Positions 1 to 10,360 of a stretch of DNA of 64,000 nt are shown in pieces (within the stretch, counting starts at the first letter, position 1; every line of letters starts with the position of its first letter). The notes beneath the pieces were generated by a model. It was not told the DNA's origin. It did not search any database and was given only the letters and a program-made list of their open reading frames with translations. The position numbers were made by a program, and so were the translations under genes. This DNA is from Microbacterium sp. (lineage in GTDB: Bacteria; Actinomycetota; Actinomycetes; Actinomycetales; Microbacteriaceae), in the NCBI RefSeq assembly GCF_036277215.1, contig NZ_DASUNI010000344.1, forward strand, positions 2,031 through 66,030, read 5' to 3'.

Positions 1-31
1 GCGCTTCATCCGATGGTCGTCCCGCGCAACA

Positions 32-59
32 CCTCGCGCGGAGAGGGGGCCGCGCGAGG
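32..59. terminator. GC-rich hairpin CCTCGCGCGG-N8-CCGCGCGAGG downstream of the IclR gene
   Basis: Perfect 10-bp inverted repeat read directly from the sequence. No clear U-tract. Confidence 0.3.
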
Positions 60-140
60 TCAATGAATCACGTGGGCGGGCGGGATCCAAGACAATTCTG
101 TCTACAGAAGCCCGTTATTGACGGGCGGTGGGGTGCGGTG

Positions 141-956
141 CTAGCGCTCGTCGGACGCGATCGCGTCGCCGGCCCGAGACGGGTCGAAGACGCCGCGACG
201 CACGGGATGAGGATGCAGTTCGTCACGCAAGTCGCGCATTGCCGCGCTCACGCGATTCGCGGTCGAAAGCACCCGGGGTGCCAGCTCTGCGGCATCGGCG
301 GTCTTCGTCGTCCAGACAACAGACACGGCACCGTAGATGTCGCCGTCGTGGCCGAACACGGGCGCCGAGACGGAACTCGTGGTGGCGACCAGGGCGCCTT
401 CGCTCACCGCGATGGAGGTCTTCCGGACCCGCTCGACCGCCCGGCGAAGCGCTGCCGGGTCGACGATGGTCCGCGATGTGTACCGGCGCAGCGGCCGCTT
501 CGCGAGCGCCCGCCAGATGTGAGGCCGGCCGAAGGCGAGCAGGATGAGACCCGGGGAGGAAGCGTGGACGGGGAGGCGCTCGCCCAGACCCGCCGCGAAG
601 TCGGCGTCGCGCCACCCCAGACTCTGCTCGACGACGATGTCACCGCCCGGGCGGAAGACGGACAGCCCGACCGAACGGCGGGTGTCCACGAACAGCTGCT
701 CGAGGAAGGGGACGACGAGGGCGCGCTGCTGGTAGGCCGCCGGCGAAAGCGTGCCGAGCTGCCACAACCGCAGACCGATCGCATAACGCTGGCGCGAGTC
801 GCGCTCGAGCGCGCCCCAGGACGTCAGGTGCGCGACGAGGCGATGCACGGTCGACATCGGCAGCTCGGTCGCGCGGGCGATCTCCGACAGCGTCATGCTG
901 GGTCGCTCGATGCTGAATGCACCCAGCACCACGAGGATCTTGTCCTGGACGGCCAC
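141..956 (-). CDS. IclR family transcriptional regulator
   Basis: 271-aa ORF. N-terminal wHTH (LSEIARATELPMSTVHRLVAHL) followed by an IclR-type effector domain. It is the last gene of a two-gene minus-strand unit. Confidence 0.85.
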   Translation of the reverse strand: MAVQDKILVVLGAFSIERPSMTLSEIARATELPMSTVHRLVAHLTSWGALERDSRQRYAIGLRLWQLGTLSPAAYQQRALVVPFLEQLFVDTRRSVGLSVFRPGGDIVVEQSLGWRDADFAAGLGERLPVHASSPGLILLAFGRPHIWRALAKRPLRRYTSRTIVDPAALRRAVERVRKTSIAVSEGALVATTSSVSAPVFGHDGDIYGAVSVVWTTKTADAAELAPRVLSTANRVSAAMRDLRDELHPHPVRRGVFDPSRAGDAIASDER

Positions 957-975
957 GTCCTGGACACCTCCCTTC

Positions 976-1761
976 TCAGGAATGCGGGATGACCGAATCC
1001 TTCTCGGCGATCGCCTTGAGCCACTCGATCGTGCCGTCGGTCATGGGATGCGGAGCATCCAGCGAGTCGAGGAACTCGCGCACCTCGATCATCTCGACCT
1101 CACGCCGCACCGCGTGCTTGGCGGTGCCCTCGAGCAGGTGTTGCACGGCGTCGCGACCGGATGCGCCCAGCTCGGACGCGATCTGGTCGATCAGCCAATC
1201 CTCGGCGCCGAAGATCTGCGCCGCGGTGACGCTCTCGACGACCACCGCCGCCAGCCCCTTCATGAAGACGCTGCGCAGCAGCTTGAACTCCGCGGAGGCC
1301 CCCGCCTGGGCGCCCGCATCCGTCGCCGGCACGCCGAACTCGTCCAGGATCGGCCGCAGTCGTGCGACGCCGGGCCCGCTGAGCAGCAGTGGGGTGTCGA
1401 TCCGCGCGCGAGGAACGGGTGCGAGGATCGCCACATCGACGAACGGGATGCCGCGTGCCGCGGCCACAGCCGCCAGCCGCCGCTTGTCGTCGGGGCCGCT
1501 GGTGTTCATGTCGACGTAGACGCTCGCGGCGTCCATGGCCGGAAGCGACTCGTCGAGGACGGATGCCGCGGACCCGGCGCCCACGAGGCTCAACACGACA
1601 TCGGCGCCACGGACCGTGTGCGGGATGTCGTCGGCGAAGCCGACTCCGTCCACGACGGCCGATGCGCGCAGGTCCGTACCGACGACGACCGCACCGCGGG
1701 CCGACAGGTCGGCGGCATAGATGCTTCCTGCTTCACCGAGTCCCAGCACCGCGACGCGCAT
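976..1761 (-). CDS. NAD(P)-dependent oxidoreductase (6-phosphogluconate-dehydrogenase-like NAD-binding fold)
   Basis: N-terminal Rossmann motif MRVAVLGLGEAGS. I chose the internal ATG at 1761 because GGGAGA lies upstream. The ORF-track start at 1785 adds 8 residues. Confidence 0.7.
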   Translation of the reverse strand: MRVAVLGLGEAGSIYAADLSARGAVVVGTDLRASAVVDGVGFADDIPHTVRGADVVLSLVGAGSAASVLDESLPAMDAASVYVDMNTSGPDDKRRLAAVAAARGIPFVDVAILAPVPRARIDTPLLLSGPGVARLRPILDEFGVPATDAGAQAGASAEFKLLRSVFMKGLAAVVVESVTAAQIFGAEDWLIDQIASELGASGRDAVQHLLEGTAKHAVRREVEMIEVREFLDSLDAPHPMTDGTIEWLKAIAEKDSVIPHS

Positions 1762-1794
1762 AGTGATCTCCCTAGGACGAGGCATTCACGTCTA

Positions 1795-1808
1795 TATTGT
1801 TGACAATA
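1795..1808. promoter_or_regulatory. Palindromic operator candidate TATTGTTGACAATA (copy A of the TTGTTGACAAT motif)
   Basis: AT-rich palindrome ATTGT-TG-ACAAT in the divergent region between the oxidoreductase-IclR unit and the GntR gene. The exact 11-mer recurs at 20721, 21506 and 36102. Confidence 0.55.
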
Positions 1809-1857
1809 GTGGTTGGAGCCAGCGGCGGGTGCGCCGGGCGGAGCCGGGAGGAACTCG

Positions 1858-2520
1858 ATGTCGACGATCGTTGAGGATACGGGCGCCGCTGCCGACGCAT
1901 CGGAAGAGCGCGTCACCGACGTCATCCGCAGTGCCATCGTCCGCGGAGAGTACGCCCCCAACCAGCGCCTGATCGAGGCGGACCTGAGCGACACCTTCGC
2001 GGCCAGCCGGGCCACCGTGCGTACCGCGCTGCTCGAGCTCGCCAACGAGGGACTCGTCGAGCGACTGCCCAACCGCGGATCCCGCGTGCGGGCTATCTCC
2101 GTGGAGGAGGCGATCGAGATCCTCGAGGTGCGCATCGGAGTCGAGGGTCTGTGCGCCGCGAAGACCGCGGCGTCGGTCAGCGACGAGCAGGTCGAGGAGT
2201 TCCTGCGCCTCCGCCAGGACATGATCGAGGCCGTCGCCGACGGCGACCTGGTGGAATACTCGCGGCTGAACCAGCTGCTCGATCAGCGGGTGCGCGTGCT
2301 GAGCCGGCATACGACGGCATCCGACGTCCTCGGCAGGCTGCACGCGCAGAGCGTTCGCCACCAGTTCAAGTTGTCGTCGCGCCCGCAGCGCGCCAAGGTG
2401 TCGGTGCTCGAGCACGCCGCCATCATCGATGCGATCGTCGCGCGCGATCCCGATGCGGCAGAGCATGCCGTGCGGGTGCACCTGCAGAGCGTCATCGGCG
2501 CGCTGCGCGACGTGGCCTGA
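1858..2520 (+). CDS. GntR family (FadR/FCD subfamily) transcriptional regulator
   Basis: wHTH segment LIEADLSDTFAASRATVRTALLELANEGLVERLPNRGSRV followed by a helical FCD-like C-terminal domain. ATG at 1858 is preceded by GGGAGG. Confidence 0.85.
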   Translation: MSTIVEDTGAAADASEERVTDVIRSAIVRGEYAPNQRLIEADLSDTFAASRATVRTALLELANEGLVERLPNRGSRVRAISVEEAIEILEVRIGVEGLCAAKTAASVSDEQVEEFLRLRQDMIEAVADGDLVEYSRLNQLLDQRVRVLSRHTTASDVLGRLHAQSVRHQFKLSSRPQRAKVSVLEHAAIIDAIVARDPDAAEHAVRVHLQSVIGALRDVA

Positions 2521-2631
2521 CGCGAGGCCCGGTCCCGCGGCATCCGTCGAAGTTCGCGTCATCTCCCGCAGGAACACATGCGCGGGATGCCGCAAACTGC
2601 GACGAACAGCCGGTTGAACCCGGCGCGGCCG

Positions 2632-3984
2632 TCAGCTCTTGCGGTAGTTCTCGCGAGCGAACGCGGAGTACGGCGCCGGCTGCACGGTAGCCCGGATCGA
2701 CACCTGGCGGTGCTTCTCGACGGCGGGCTTCTGCGAATTGGGATCCTCGCCCCAGACGACCTCGACCTCGGTTCCCGGTGTCGCGTACTCGTTCTCGATG
2801 CTGGCCAACGATACGAAGGCGTGCTCGTTGGTGATGTAGCCGGCGTCGTGCGAGATGCCGACGTCCTTGCCGTCGCGCAGCACCCGATCGACCTGGTGCT
2901 GGCCATAGCGAGCCTTCGGGAAGTCGATGTACTTCGCCGGAACCCCCGGCTCGAGCAGCGACTGGATGGCGGCGGCCACGTCCTCGGGGTTCCACACCAG
3001 GGTCACCTTCTGGCGTGCCTGGTCTGCGGCGTGGCGCTCGAGCGCGGCGCGGCCGATGAAGTCGTGGTCGAACGCGACACTGCGGCCGTAGCCGATGTCG
3101 TACGGCGTGATGTAGAAGTCCGCGATGTCCTCCGAGGCGAAGCTGCCGGCGAGCGAGCCGGCTCGGGCGGCGGGCAGCCATTCGCGGTACGCGTCGGTGC
3201 CCTCGCCGCTGAAGATGGCCGGGATCGGCGAGGGAACCCACGCCGACTCGAGATTCGCGGAGGAGTACGCCTTGGATCCGACGAGCACAAGATCGAGACC
3301 GTCGCCGGCGGCGATCAGGGCGGAGCGGACGCGCTCGCCCTCCGCCCACGGACCGAACAGCTCGAACCCGGGCTGACCGGCCATGCCGTGGCGCAGCGAC
3401 CGCACCTCGAGACCGTCGATCGTGAACGTCGTCATGCCGAAGAACCTGGTGGGCGGCACGGTCGCGCCGGTCGCCTTCTCCATCAGGGCCAGCGCATTCG
3501 GGCCCTGGATCTCGAAGCGGTACAGCTTGGGATCGCCCTCGCGCACGACGGAGGAGGCGTCCCGTTCGAACGATACGTCGTAGTCGCCGGTCTCGCCGTG
3601 GTACTGCACCCAGTCCAGGACCATGTGCCAGCCGACGAGGTCGAACGACTCCTCCGCAAGGTAGAAGAGGATCGCGTCGCCGATCAGGTAGCCCTCGTGG
3701 TTGACGGCGATGTACTGCTTCGCCTGGTCGACCTTGAAGTTCGAGAAGCTGTTGACCCCGACATCCGAGAGGAGCCTCAGCGCATCGGGACCGGTGATGA
3801 ACAGGTCGGTCATGTGGTGCGACTGGTCCAGCAGCGCGACCGAGGTGCGCCACGCCTGCTGCTCGGAGCGCCAGTTGCTGAACTCCGGCGTCACCGGGAA
3901 GACGGTGGGGCGGGCCTGCGCGTTGCGCAGCAGTGTGACGGGGCTTCCAGCGCGGGCGATGGCCTGCGCGAGCGACTCGGGCAT
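2632..3984 (-). CDS. Aminomethyltransferase-fold, tetrahydrofolate-dependent aryl O-demethylase (divergent LigM/DesA-like paralog)
   Basis: Colinear with the two other paralogs in this window and with my recollection of Sphingobium SYK-6 LigM (LLRN.Q...FPV.PEF.NWR.EQ.AWR..V.L.DQSHHM). Start moved to the ATG at 3984, which has GAAGGAG upstream and aligns with the paralog N-termini. Confidence 0.8.
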   Translation of the reverse strand: MPESLAQAIARAGSPVTLLRNAQARPTVFPVTPEFSNWRSEQQAWRTSVALLDQSHHMTDLFITGPDALRLLSDVGVNSFSNFKVDQAKQYIAVNHEGYLIGDAILFYLAEESFDLVGWHMVLDWVQYHGETGDYDVSFERDASSVVREGDPKLYRFEIQGPNALALMEKATGATVPPTRFFGMTTFTIDGLEVRSLRHGMAGQPGFELFGPWAEGERVRSALIAAGDGLDLVLVGSKAYSSANLESAWVPSPIPAIFSGEGTDAYREWLPAARAGSLAGSFASEDIADFYITPYDIGYGRSVAFDHDFIGRAALERHAADQARQKVTLVWNPEDVAAAIQSLLEPGVPAKYIDFPKARYGQHQVDRVLRDGKDVGISHDAGYITNEHAFVSLASIENEYATPGTEVEVVWGEDPNSQKPAVEKHRQVSIRATVQPAPYSAFARENYRKS

Positions 3985-4050
3985 GAGAACTCCTTCGTTC
4001 CGGGTGTCCTTCCATGCTATGCACGGCAGCATATCGAGCCTACGATTCTG

Positions 4051-4067
4051 CATAAGCAGTGCTTATG
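4051..4067. promoter_or_regulatory. LysR-type box, perfect palindrome CATAAGCA-G-TGCTTATG (contains T-N11-A)
   Basis: Read directly. Lies in the 112-nt divergent region between the O-demethylase paralog and the LysR gene. Confidence 0.55.
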
Positions 4068-4096
4068 GGAGGGAAAGGATGCCTTAGCGGCGGCTG

Positions 4097-5035
4097 GTGG
4101 ACCTCAATCTCATCCGCGTCTTCGTCGCCGTCTACGAAACGCGCAGCATGACCGCCGCGGCCGCGCGGCTGTATGTGACGCAGCCGGCCGTGAGCCAGGC
4201 GCTCGGCAGGCTGCGGCGGGATCTGAACGACCAGCTGTTCCGTCGGGTCGGGCGCGCGATGGAGCCGACGCCGCTGGCCGTCAGCCTCTTCCCCGGCTTC
4301 CGGGACGGCATCGCGGGCATCGACCGGACGATGGACGGCGTCGCAGGCTTCGATCCGGCGCTCTCACGCCGCCGCTCCCGGATCGCCCTGTCGGAGCTCG
4401 GTGAGATCGGCTACTTCCCGTCGATCTTCCGCGCCGTCCGCGCGAGCGCTCCGCACCTTCGCGTGGAAGCCGTGCCGTTGGACGTGCAGGCGCTCCCGGA
4501 ATGGCTCTCTCAGGGCACGATCGACCTCGCGGTCACCTCGTCACCGGTAGCCGGCGCCTTCGAGCACGTTGTGCTCAAATCGCAGGCGTACGCCGTGCTG
4601 ATGTCGCGTGACCACCCGCTGGCCTCTGCCACGCACGGGTTGGACCTCGAGGACTACATCGCCGCCGACCAGGTGGTGGTGGCGGGCGACTCGGGCCTGC
4701 CGCGTCTCGAGTCGGCGCTTCGCCGCTCCGGCGCGGTGCTGCGCTCCGACGTGGTGCTCAACCACTTCGCCTCGTTGCCGTCGCTCCTCGCGGCGAGCCC
4801 CGACCTGATCGCGACGGTGCCCGACACGATCGCGACCGGCTGGGCGCAGAGCTGGCCGCTCACCGTCCAGCCGCTCCCGCTCGAGATGCCGGCCGTCGAG
4901 GTCTGCCTGTACCGGCGCACCACGACGCAGCAGCTCGGCGCACTGGACTGGCTCTTCGACACGGTCGTGCGCGCCGTCCGCGGGACCCACGGCGAGTTCT
5001 TCGCGATCCACGGGAACGCGGCGCGCGAACGGTGA
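4097..5035 (+). CDS. LysR family transcriptional regulator
   Basis: N-terminus LNLIRVFVAVYETRSMTAAAARLYVTQPAVSQALGRLR is a canonical LysR HTH. 312 aa with a GTG start. Confidence 0.9.
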   Translation: MDLNLIRVFVAVYETRSMTAAAARLYVTQPAVSQALGRLRRDLNDQLFRRVGRAMEPTPLAVSLFPGFRDGIAGIDRTMDGVAGFDPALSRRRSRIALSELGEIGYFPSIFRAVRASAPHLRVEAVPLDVQALPEWLSQGTIDLAVTSSPVAGAFEHVVLKSQAYAVLMSRDHPLASATHGLDLEDYIAADQVVVAGDSGLPRLESALRRSGAVLRSDVVLNHFASLPSLLAASPDLIATVPDTIATGWAQSWPLTVQPLPLEMPAVEVCLYRRTTTQQLGALDWLFDTVVRAVRGTHGEFFAIHGNAARER

Positions 5036-5063
5036 AGAGCGGATGCCGCGGCATCCGCTCTTC
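5034..5063. terminator. Perfect 30-bp palindrome GAAGAGCGGATGCCG/CGGCATCCGCTCTTC, likely a bidirectional terminator
   Basis: Lies between the convergent LysR (+) and LigM-like (-) genes. The stem is flanked by T/A runs from the palindrome ends. Confidence 0.6.
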
Positions 5064-5078
5064 GTCCGAACCCGGGGA

Positions 5079-6605
<1,527 letters not shown>

Positions 6606-6712
6606 CTAGGGGTATGGTTCGCTGGGTTCAACGAGGACGGCAGCGCTCGACGCAGAGCTGGACGACGCCCTCGGCCCTCGGATGGGCACCTACTTGAGAC
6701 AGGAGTCCCCTC

Positions 6713-7468
6713 TTGGCTGAGACAGCCCGTTCGCTTCTGGTTGTGAGTGCCCACGCGGGTGATTTCGTGTGGCGCGCGGGTGGCGCGATCGCGGCGGCGA
6801 CGATGCGGGGTGAGCGTGCCACCGTCGTGTGCGTGAGCTATGGCGAGCGAGGCGAGTCGGCCTCGCAGTGGCTGCAGGGCAAGTCGCTGGAGGAGATCAA
6901 GACCATCCGTCGGGACGAGGCGACGGCGGCGGCATCCGCTCTGGGCGCCGAGATCGAATTCCTGGATGCCGGCGACTACCCGCTGATCGAATCCACGGAG
7001 ACGATCGACAAGCTCATCGACGTGTACCGGCGCACCCAGCCCACGGTGGTGCTGACCCATCCGCTGGCCGACCCGTACAACGGCGACCATCCCGCCGCGG
7101 CGCGCATGGCCCTGCAGGCTCGCGTGCTGGCCCAGGCCATCGGTGTCGCGAACTCCGACGGCACCTATCCCACGACGGAAGAGATCATCGGGGCGCCGCC
7201 GGTGTTCTTCTTCGAACCGCACCAGCCGGAGCAGTCCGACTTCAAGCCGAACGTGCTGCTGGACATCACCGAGGCGTTCGCGCTGAAGCAGAAGGCGATG
7301 GAGTGCCTGCCCGCGCAGAAGCACATGTGGGAGTACTACACGTCCCTCGCGATCCGCCGCGGGGTGCAGGTCAAGCGCAACGCCGGCCCCAACCTCGGCC
7401 TCCCCGTCGACACCAAGGGCGAGGCGTACATGCGGTACTACCCGCAGGTCACGGACATCCTCGAATGA
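6713..7468 (+). CDS. galB: PIG-L/LmbE-family hydrolase, 4-oxalomesaconate hydratase-like (GalB-like)
   Basis: Motifs LVVSAHAGDFVWRAGG, YGERGES, FFEPHQPEQ and WEYYT match my recollection of Pseudomonas putida GalB. TTG start with AGGAG 8 nt upstream. Confidence 0.7.
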   Translation: MAETARSLLVVSAHAGDFVWRAGGAIAAATMRGERATVVCVSYGERGESASQWLQGKSLEEIKTIRRDEATAAASALGAEIEFLDAGDYPLIESTETIDKLIDVYRRTQPTVVLTHPLADPYNGDHPAAARMALQARVLAQAIGVANSDGTYPTTEEIIGAPPVFFFEPHQPEQSDFKPNVLLDITEAFALKQKAMECLPAQKHMWEYYTSLAIRRGVQVKRNAGPNLGLPVDTKGEAYMRYYPQVTDILE

Positions 7469-8175
7469 GCTCACCCCACGTCGTCGTCACCGACATCCAG
7501 AGAGCGGATTCCGCGACCATCGACGCGCTCGCCCCGCTCGGATCGGCGACCGTCCACGAGGCGATGGGCCGCATCGGGTACGCCGGTCCCCGGATCCGCC
7601 CGATCCAGCAGGACGCCGCGATCGCCGGCTCCGCGATCACCGTCTCGTGCGCCCCGGGCGACAACCTCATGGTGCACGCGGCGATCGAGCAGTCCCGAGC
7701 CGGCGACGTGATCGTCGTGGTGCCCGTGACCGACTCGCCCTACGGGTTCATCGGCGAGCTGATGGCCACCCAGATGCAGGTCCGCGGCGTCCGCGCGTAC
7801 GTGACCTCCGGCGGTGTGCGCGACACCGGCGAGCTGCGGAACATGGGCTTCCCGGTGTGGACCGCGCACGTCAGCGCCGAGGGCACCGTGAAAGACACCC
7901 CGGGATCGGTGAACGTGCCCGTCGTGCTCGGCGGTGTCCAGGTCAACCCCGGCGACATCGTGGTGGCCGACGACGACGGCGTGACGATCGTGCCCCGTGA
8001 CCGCGCCGTCGCCACCCTCCAAGCCGCGCAGGCGCGCGCCGCCAAGGAGGCCGCCAACCGGCTCCGCTACCAGGCCGGCGAGATCTCGATGGACCTCAAC
8101 GATCTCCGCCCCGTGCTCGCCGACCTCGGCGTGGCATTCGTGTCCCAGGAGGAATACGAGGATGGCGGTCGCTGA
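7465..8175 (+). CDS. galC: RraA-like class II aldolase, 4-carboxy-4-hydroxy-2-oxoadipate / HMG aldolase (GalC/LigK-like)
   Basis: GSATVHEAMGRIG and GDIVVADDDGVTIVP motifs of the RraA/HMG-aldolase family. ATGA overlap with the upstream stop. Confidence 0.8.
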   Translation: MSSPHVVVTDIQRADSATIDALAPLGSATVHEAMGRIGYAGPRIRPIQQDAAIAGSAITVSCAPGDNLMVHAAIEQSRAGDVIVVVPVTDSPYGFIGELMATQMQVRGVRAYVTSGGVRDTGELRNMGFPVWTAHVSAEGTVKDTPGSVNVPVVLGGVQVNPGDIVVADDDGVTIVPRDRAVATLQAAQARAAKEAANRLRYQAGEISMDLNDLRPVLADLGVAFVSQEEYEDGGR

Positions 8176-9241
8176 CGCGGTGCGCGACGGCATCCGCTGC
8201 ATGCTGATGCGCGGCGGCACGTCGAAGGGCGCGTACTTCCTCGCCGACGATCTGCCCGCCGACCCCGCGGAGCGCGACGACCTCGTCCTGCGGATCATGG
8301 GCAGCCCCGATCCGGCCCAGATCGACGGGCTCGGCGGCGCCCATCCGCTCACCAGCAAGGTCGCGATCGTCTCACTGTCCGCCGAAGACGGCGTCGACGT
8401 CGACTACCTGTTCCTGCAGGTCGGTGTCGACCAGCCGACCGTGAGCGACGCCCAGACATGCGGCAACCTCCTCGCCGGCATCGGCCCGTTCGCGGTCGAG
8501 CGGGGCCTCGTGACCGCCGATTCGCCGACCACGACCGTCCGCATCCGGCTGATCAACACGGGCGACCTGGCCACCGAGACGTTCGCGACACCCGGCGGCC
8601 GGGTCGACTACGACGGGGACGCCGCCATCGACGGCGTTCCGGGAACCGCCGCGCCCATCGAGATCGAGCTCAGCGGCAGCCCGGACGCACGCCTCCTGCC
8701 CACCGGCCGGGTCGTCGACGACCTCGACGGCCACCGCGTCACGCTGATCGACAACGGAATGCCGGTGGTGCTGCTGCGCGCCGACGAGTTCGGCGTCGCC
8801 GGCGACGAGAGCCCCGCCGAGCTCGAAGCCCGGCAGGAGCTCAGGGGGCAAGTGGAGCGCATCCGGCTGCTGGCGGGTCCCCGGATGGGCCTCGGCGACG
8901 TCGCCGGCGCGACGGTGCCCAAGATGTTCCTGCTCTCTCCACCGCGACACGGTGGTGCCATCTCCACACGCGCCTTCATCCCCACGCGGGTGCACACCTC
9001 GATCGGCGTGCTGATGGCCGCGTCGGTGGCCGCCGGCATCCGCATTCCCGGTGTCGTCGGCGCCGATCTCGCGCAGCTGTCCGAAGCCGGTGCCGACGGG
9101 ATCGAGCACCCCGGCGGCACCTTCCCGGCACGCGTGCGGATCGAGCTCGACGACGACGGCACTTGGTCGGCGACATCCACGTCGCTGCGAACCGCCCGCA
9201 AGGTCTTCGACGGCCTCGTCTTCCCCCGCCCGCGCACGTAG
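8162..9241 (+). CDS. galD: PrpF-family isomerase, 4-oxalomesaconate tautomerase-like (GalD-like)
   Basis: N-terminus IRCMLMRGGTSKGAYF is diagnostic of the PrpF/GalD family. Overlaps the upstream gene by 14 nt. Confidence 0.75.
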   Translation: MAVADAVRDGIRCMLMRGGTSKGAYFLADDLPADPAERDDLVLRIMGSPDPAQIDGLGGAHPLTSKVAIVSLSAEDGVDVDYLFLQVGVDQPTVSDAQTCGNLLAGIGPFAVERGLVTADSPTTTVRIRLINTGDLATETFATPGGRVDYDGDAAIDGVPGTAAPIEIELSGSPDARLLPTGRVVDDLDGHRVTLIDNGMPVVLLRADEFGVAGDESPAELEARQELRGQVERIRLLAGPRMGLGDVAGATVPKMFLLSPPRHGGAISTRAFIPTRVHTSIGVLMAASVAAGIRIPGVVGADLAQLSEAGADGIEHPGGTFPARVRIELDDDGTWSATSTSLRTARKVFDGLVFPRPRT

Positions 9242-9280
9242 CGCACCGCCCCTTTTCCGCCCGCCAGAGAGGACCCTCCC

Positions 9281-10240
9281 ATGACCGATTACACGTCGTT
9301 CGATGTCGCGCACATCGGCAACATCGAGCTGTTGACCGCGAAGTTCGACGAGAGCCTGTGGTTCTTCCGCGACCTGCTCGCGATGCGCGTGGTCGCGGAG
9401 GCCGGAGACTCGGTGTACCTGCGCACGTGGGACGAGTATCAGCGGTACACGATCAAGCTCACCGCCGCCGAAGACGCCGGCGTCGGGCGCACCACGTTCC
9501 GCACCACCAGTCAGGAGGCGCTGGAGCGGCGGGTCGCCGCCATCGACGGGTTCGGTCTGGGCGAGGGATGGGTGGACGGCGAGCAGGGCACCGGCCCGAC
9601 CTACCTGTTCCGCGATCCGGACGGCCACTCGATGGGGATCTACTACGAGAGCGAGCGGTACGTCGCCACCGACGACAAGCCGGCCCTCAAGAACCAGGCC
9701 TCCGCGTTCCCCGGACGCGGAGTGAACGCCCGGCGCCTGGATCACATCAACTACCTCGCCAAGGACGTGGTGGCCAACGGCGAGTTCATCGCTCAGGCGC
9801 TCGGCGGCCGGGAGAGCGAGCGGATCGCCATCGACGGCGGCGGCTACGCCGCCTGGTGGTTCCACTTCAACAACAAGTCCTACGACATCGTCTACTCCGA
9901 CGATTGGCTCAAGCACGGCAACCGCCTGCACCACATCGCGTTCGCCCCCGACACCCGGGAGGACATCCTCAAGGCTGCCGACATCTTCCTCGAGAACGGC
10001 ATCCACATCGAGTCCGGTCCCCACAAGCACGCCATCAACCAGACGTTCTTCCTGTACGTGTGGGAACCGGGCGGGAACCGCATCGAGTTCGCCAACGCAG
10101 GCGCCCGTCTGCTGCTGGACCCCGACCAGCCGGTCGTCGAGTGGTCCGCCGAAGAGCGCAAGAAGGGCCAGGCGTGGGGCATGAAGACCATCGAGACCTT
10201 CCACACCCACGGCACACCCGTGGTGAAGGGCGACCACTGA
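9281..10240 (+). CDS. Type I (vicinal-oxygen-chelate) extradiol dioxygenase, catechol 2,3-dioxygenase-like
   Basis: Two-domain 319-aa protein colinear with XylE-type enzymes. Candidate 2-His-1-Glu triad in LDHINYL, RLHHIAF and GGNRIEF. Confidence 0.8.
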   Translation: MTDYTSFDVAHIGNIELLTAKFDESLWFFRDLLAMRVVAEAGDSVYLRTWDEYQRYTIKLTAAEDAGVGRTTFRTTSQEALERRVAAIDGFGLGEGWVDGEQGTGPTYLFRDPDGHSMGIYYESERYVATDDKPALKNQASAFPGRGVNARRLDHINYLAKDVVANGEFIAQALGGRESERIAIDGGGYAAWWFHFNNKSYDIVYSDDWLKHGNRLHHIAFAPDTREDILKAADIFLENGIHIESGPHKHAINQTFFLYVWEPGGNRIEFANAGARLLLDPDQPVVEWSAEERKKGQAWGMKTIETFHTHGTPVVKGDH

Positions 10241-10360
10241 GGTCGAGGTCGGATCGGGTCGTCCCAGCCCCCGGGACGACCCCTCGATCGGGAGTGGCTC
10301 GATTCGTAGCATCGGAGGTACGGAGCCCTGGCCGCTCCGCGCCTGCAGAAACGAGACGAC

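Noticed and set aside
96-122. AT-rich patch with the inverted repeat TTCTGT-CT-ACAGAA and GTTATTGACGG (7/11 match to the shared motif) downstream of the IclR gene
   Set aside because: It is too degenerate and lies at the window edge without a visible target gene. It cannot be interpreted from this window.
2492-4404. 510-aa (-) and 608-aa (+) ORFs overlapping the O-demethylase paralog. Similar shadow ORFs lie at 5043-6746, 18093-19733, 30624-32243, 32274-33845, 46497-47963 and 57529-59169.
   Set aside because: Each overlaps a gene with strong family motifs in another frame or on the other strand. Each also has Arg/Gly/Pro-biased composition without motifs.
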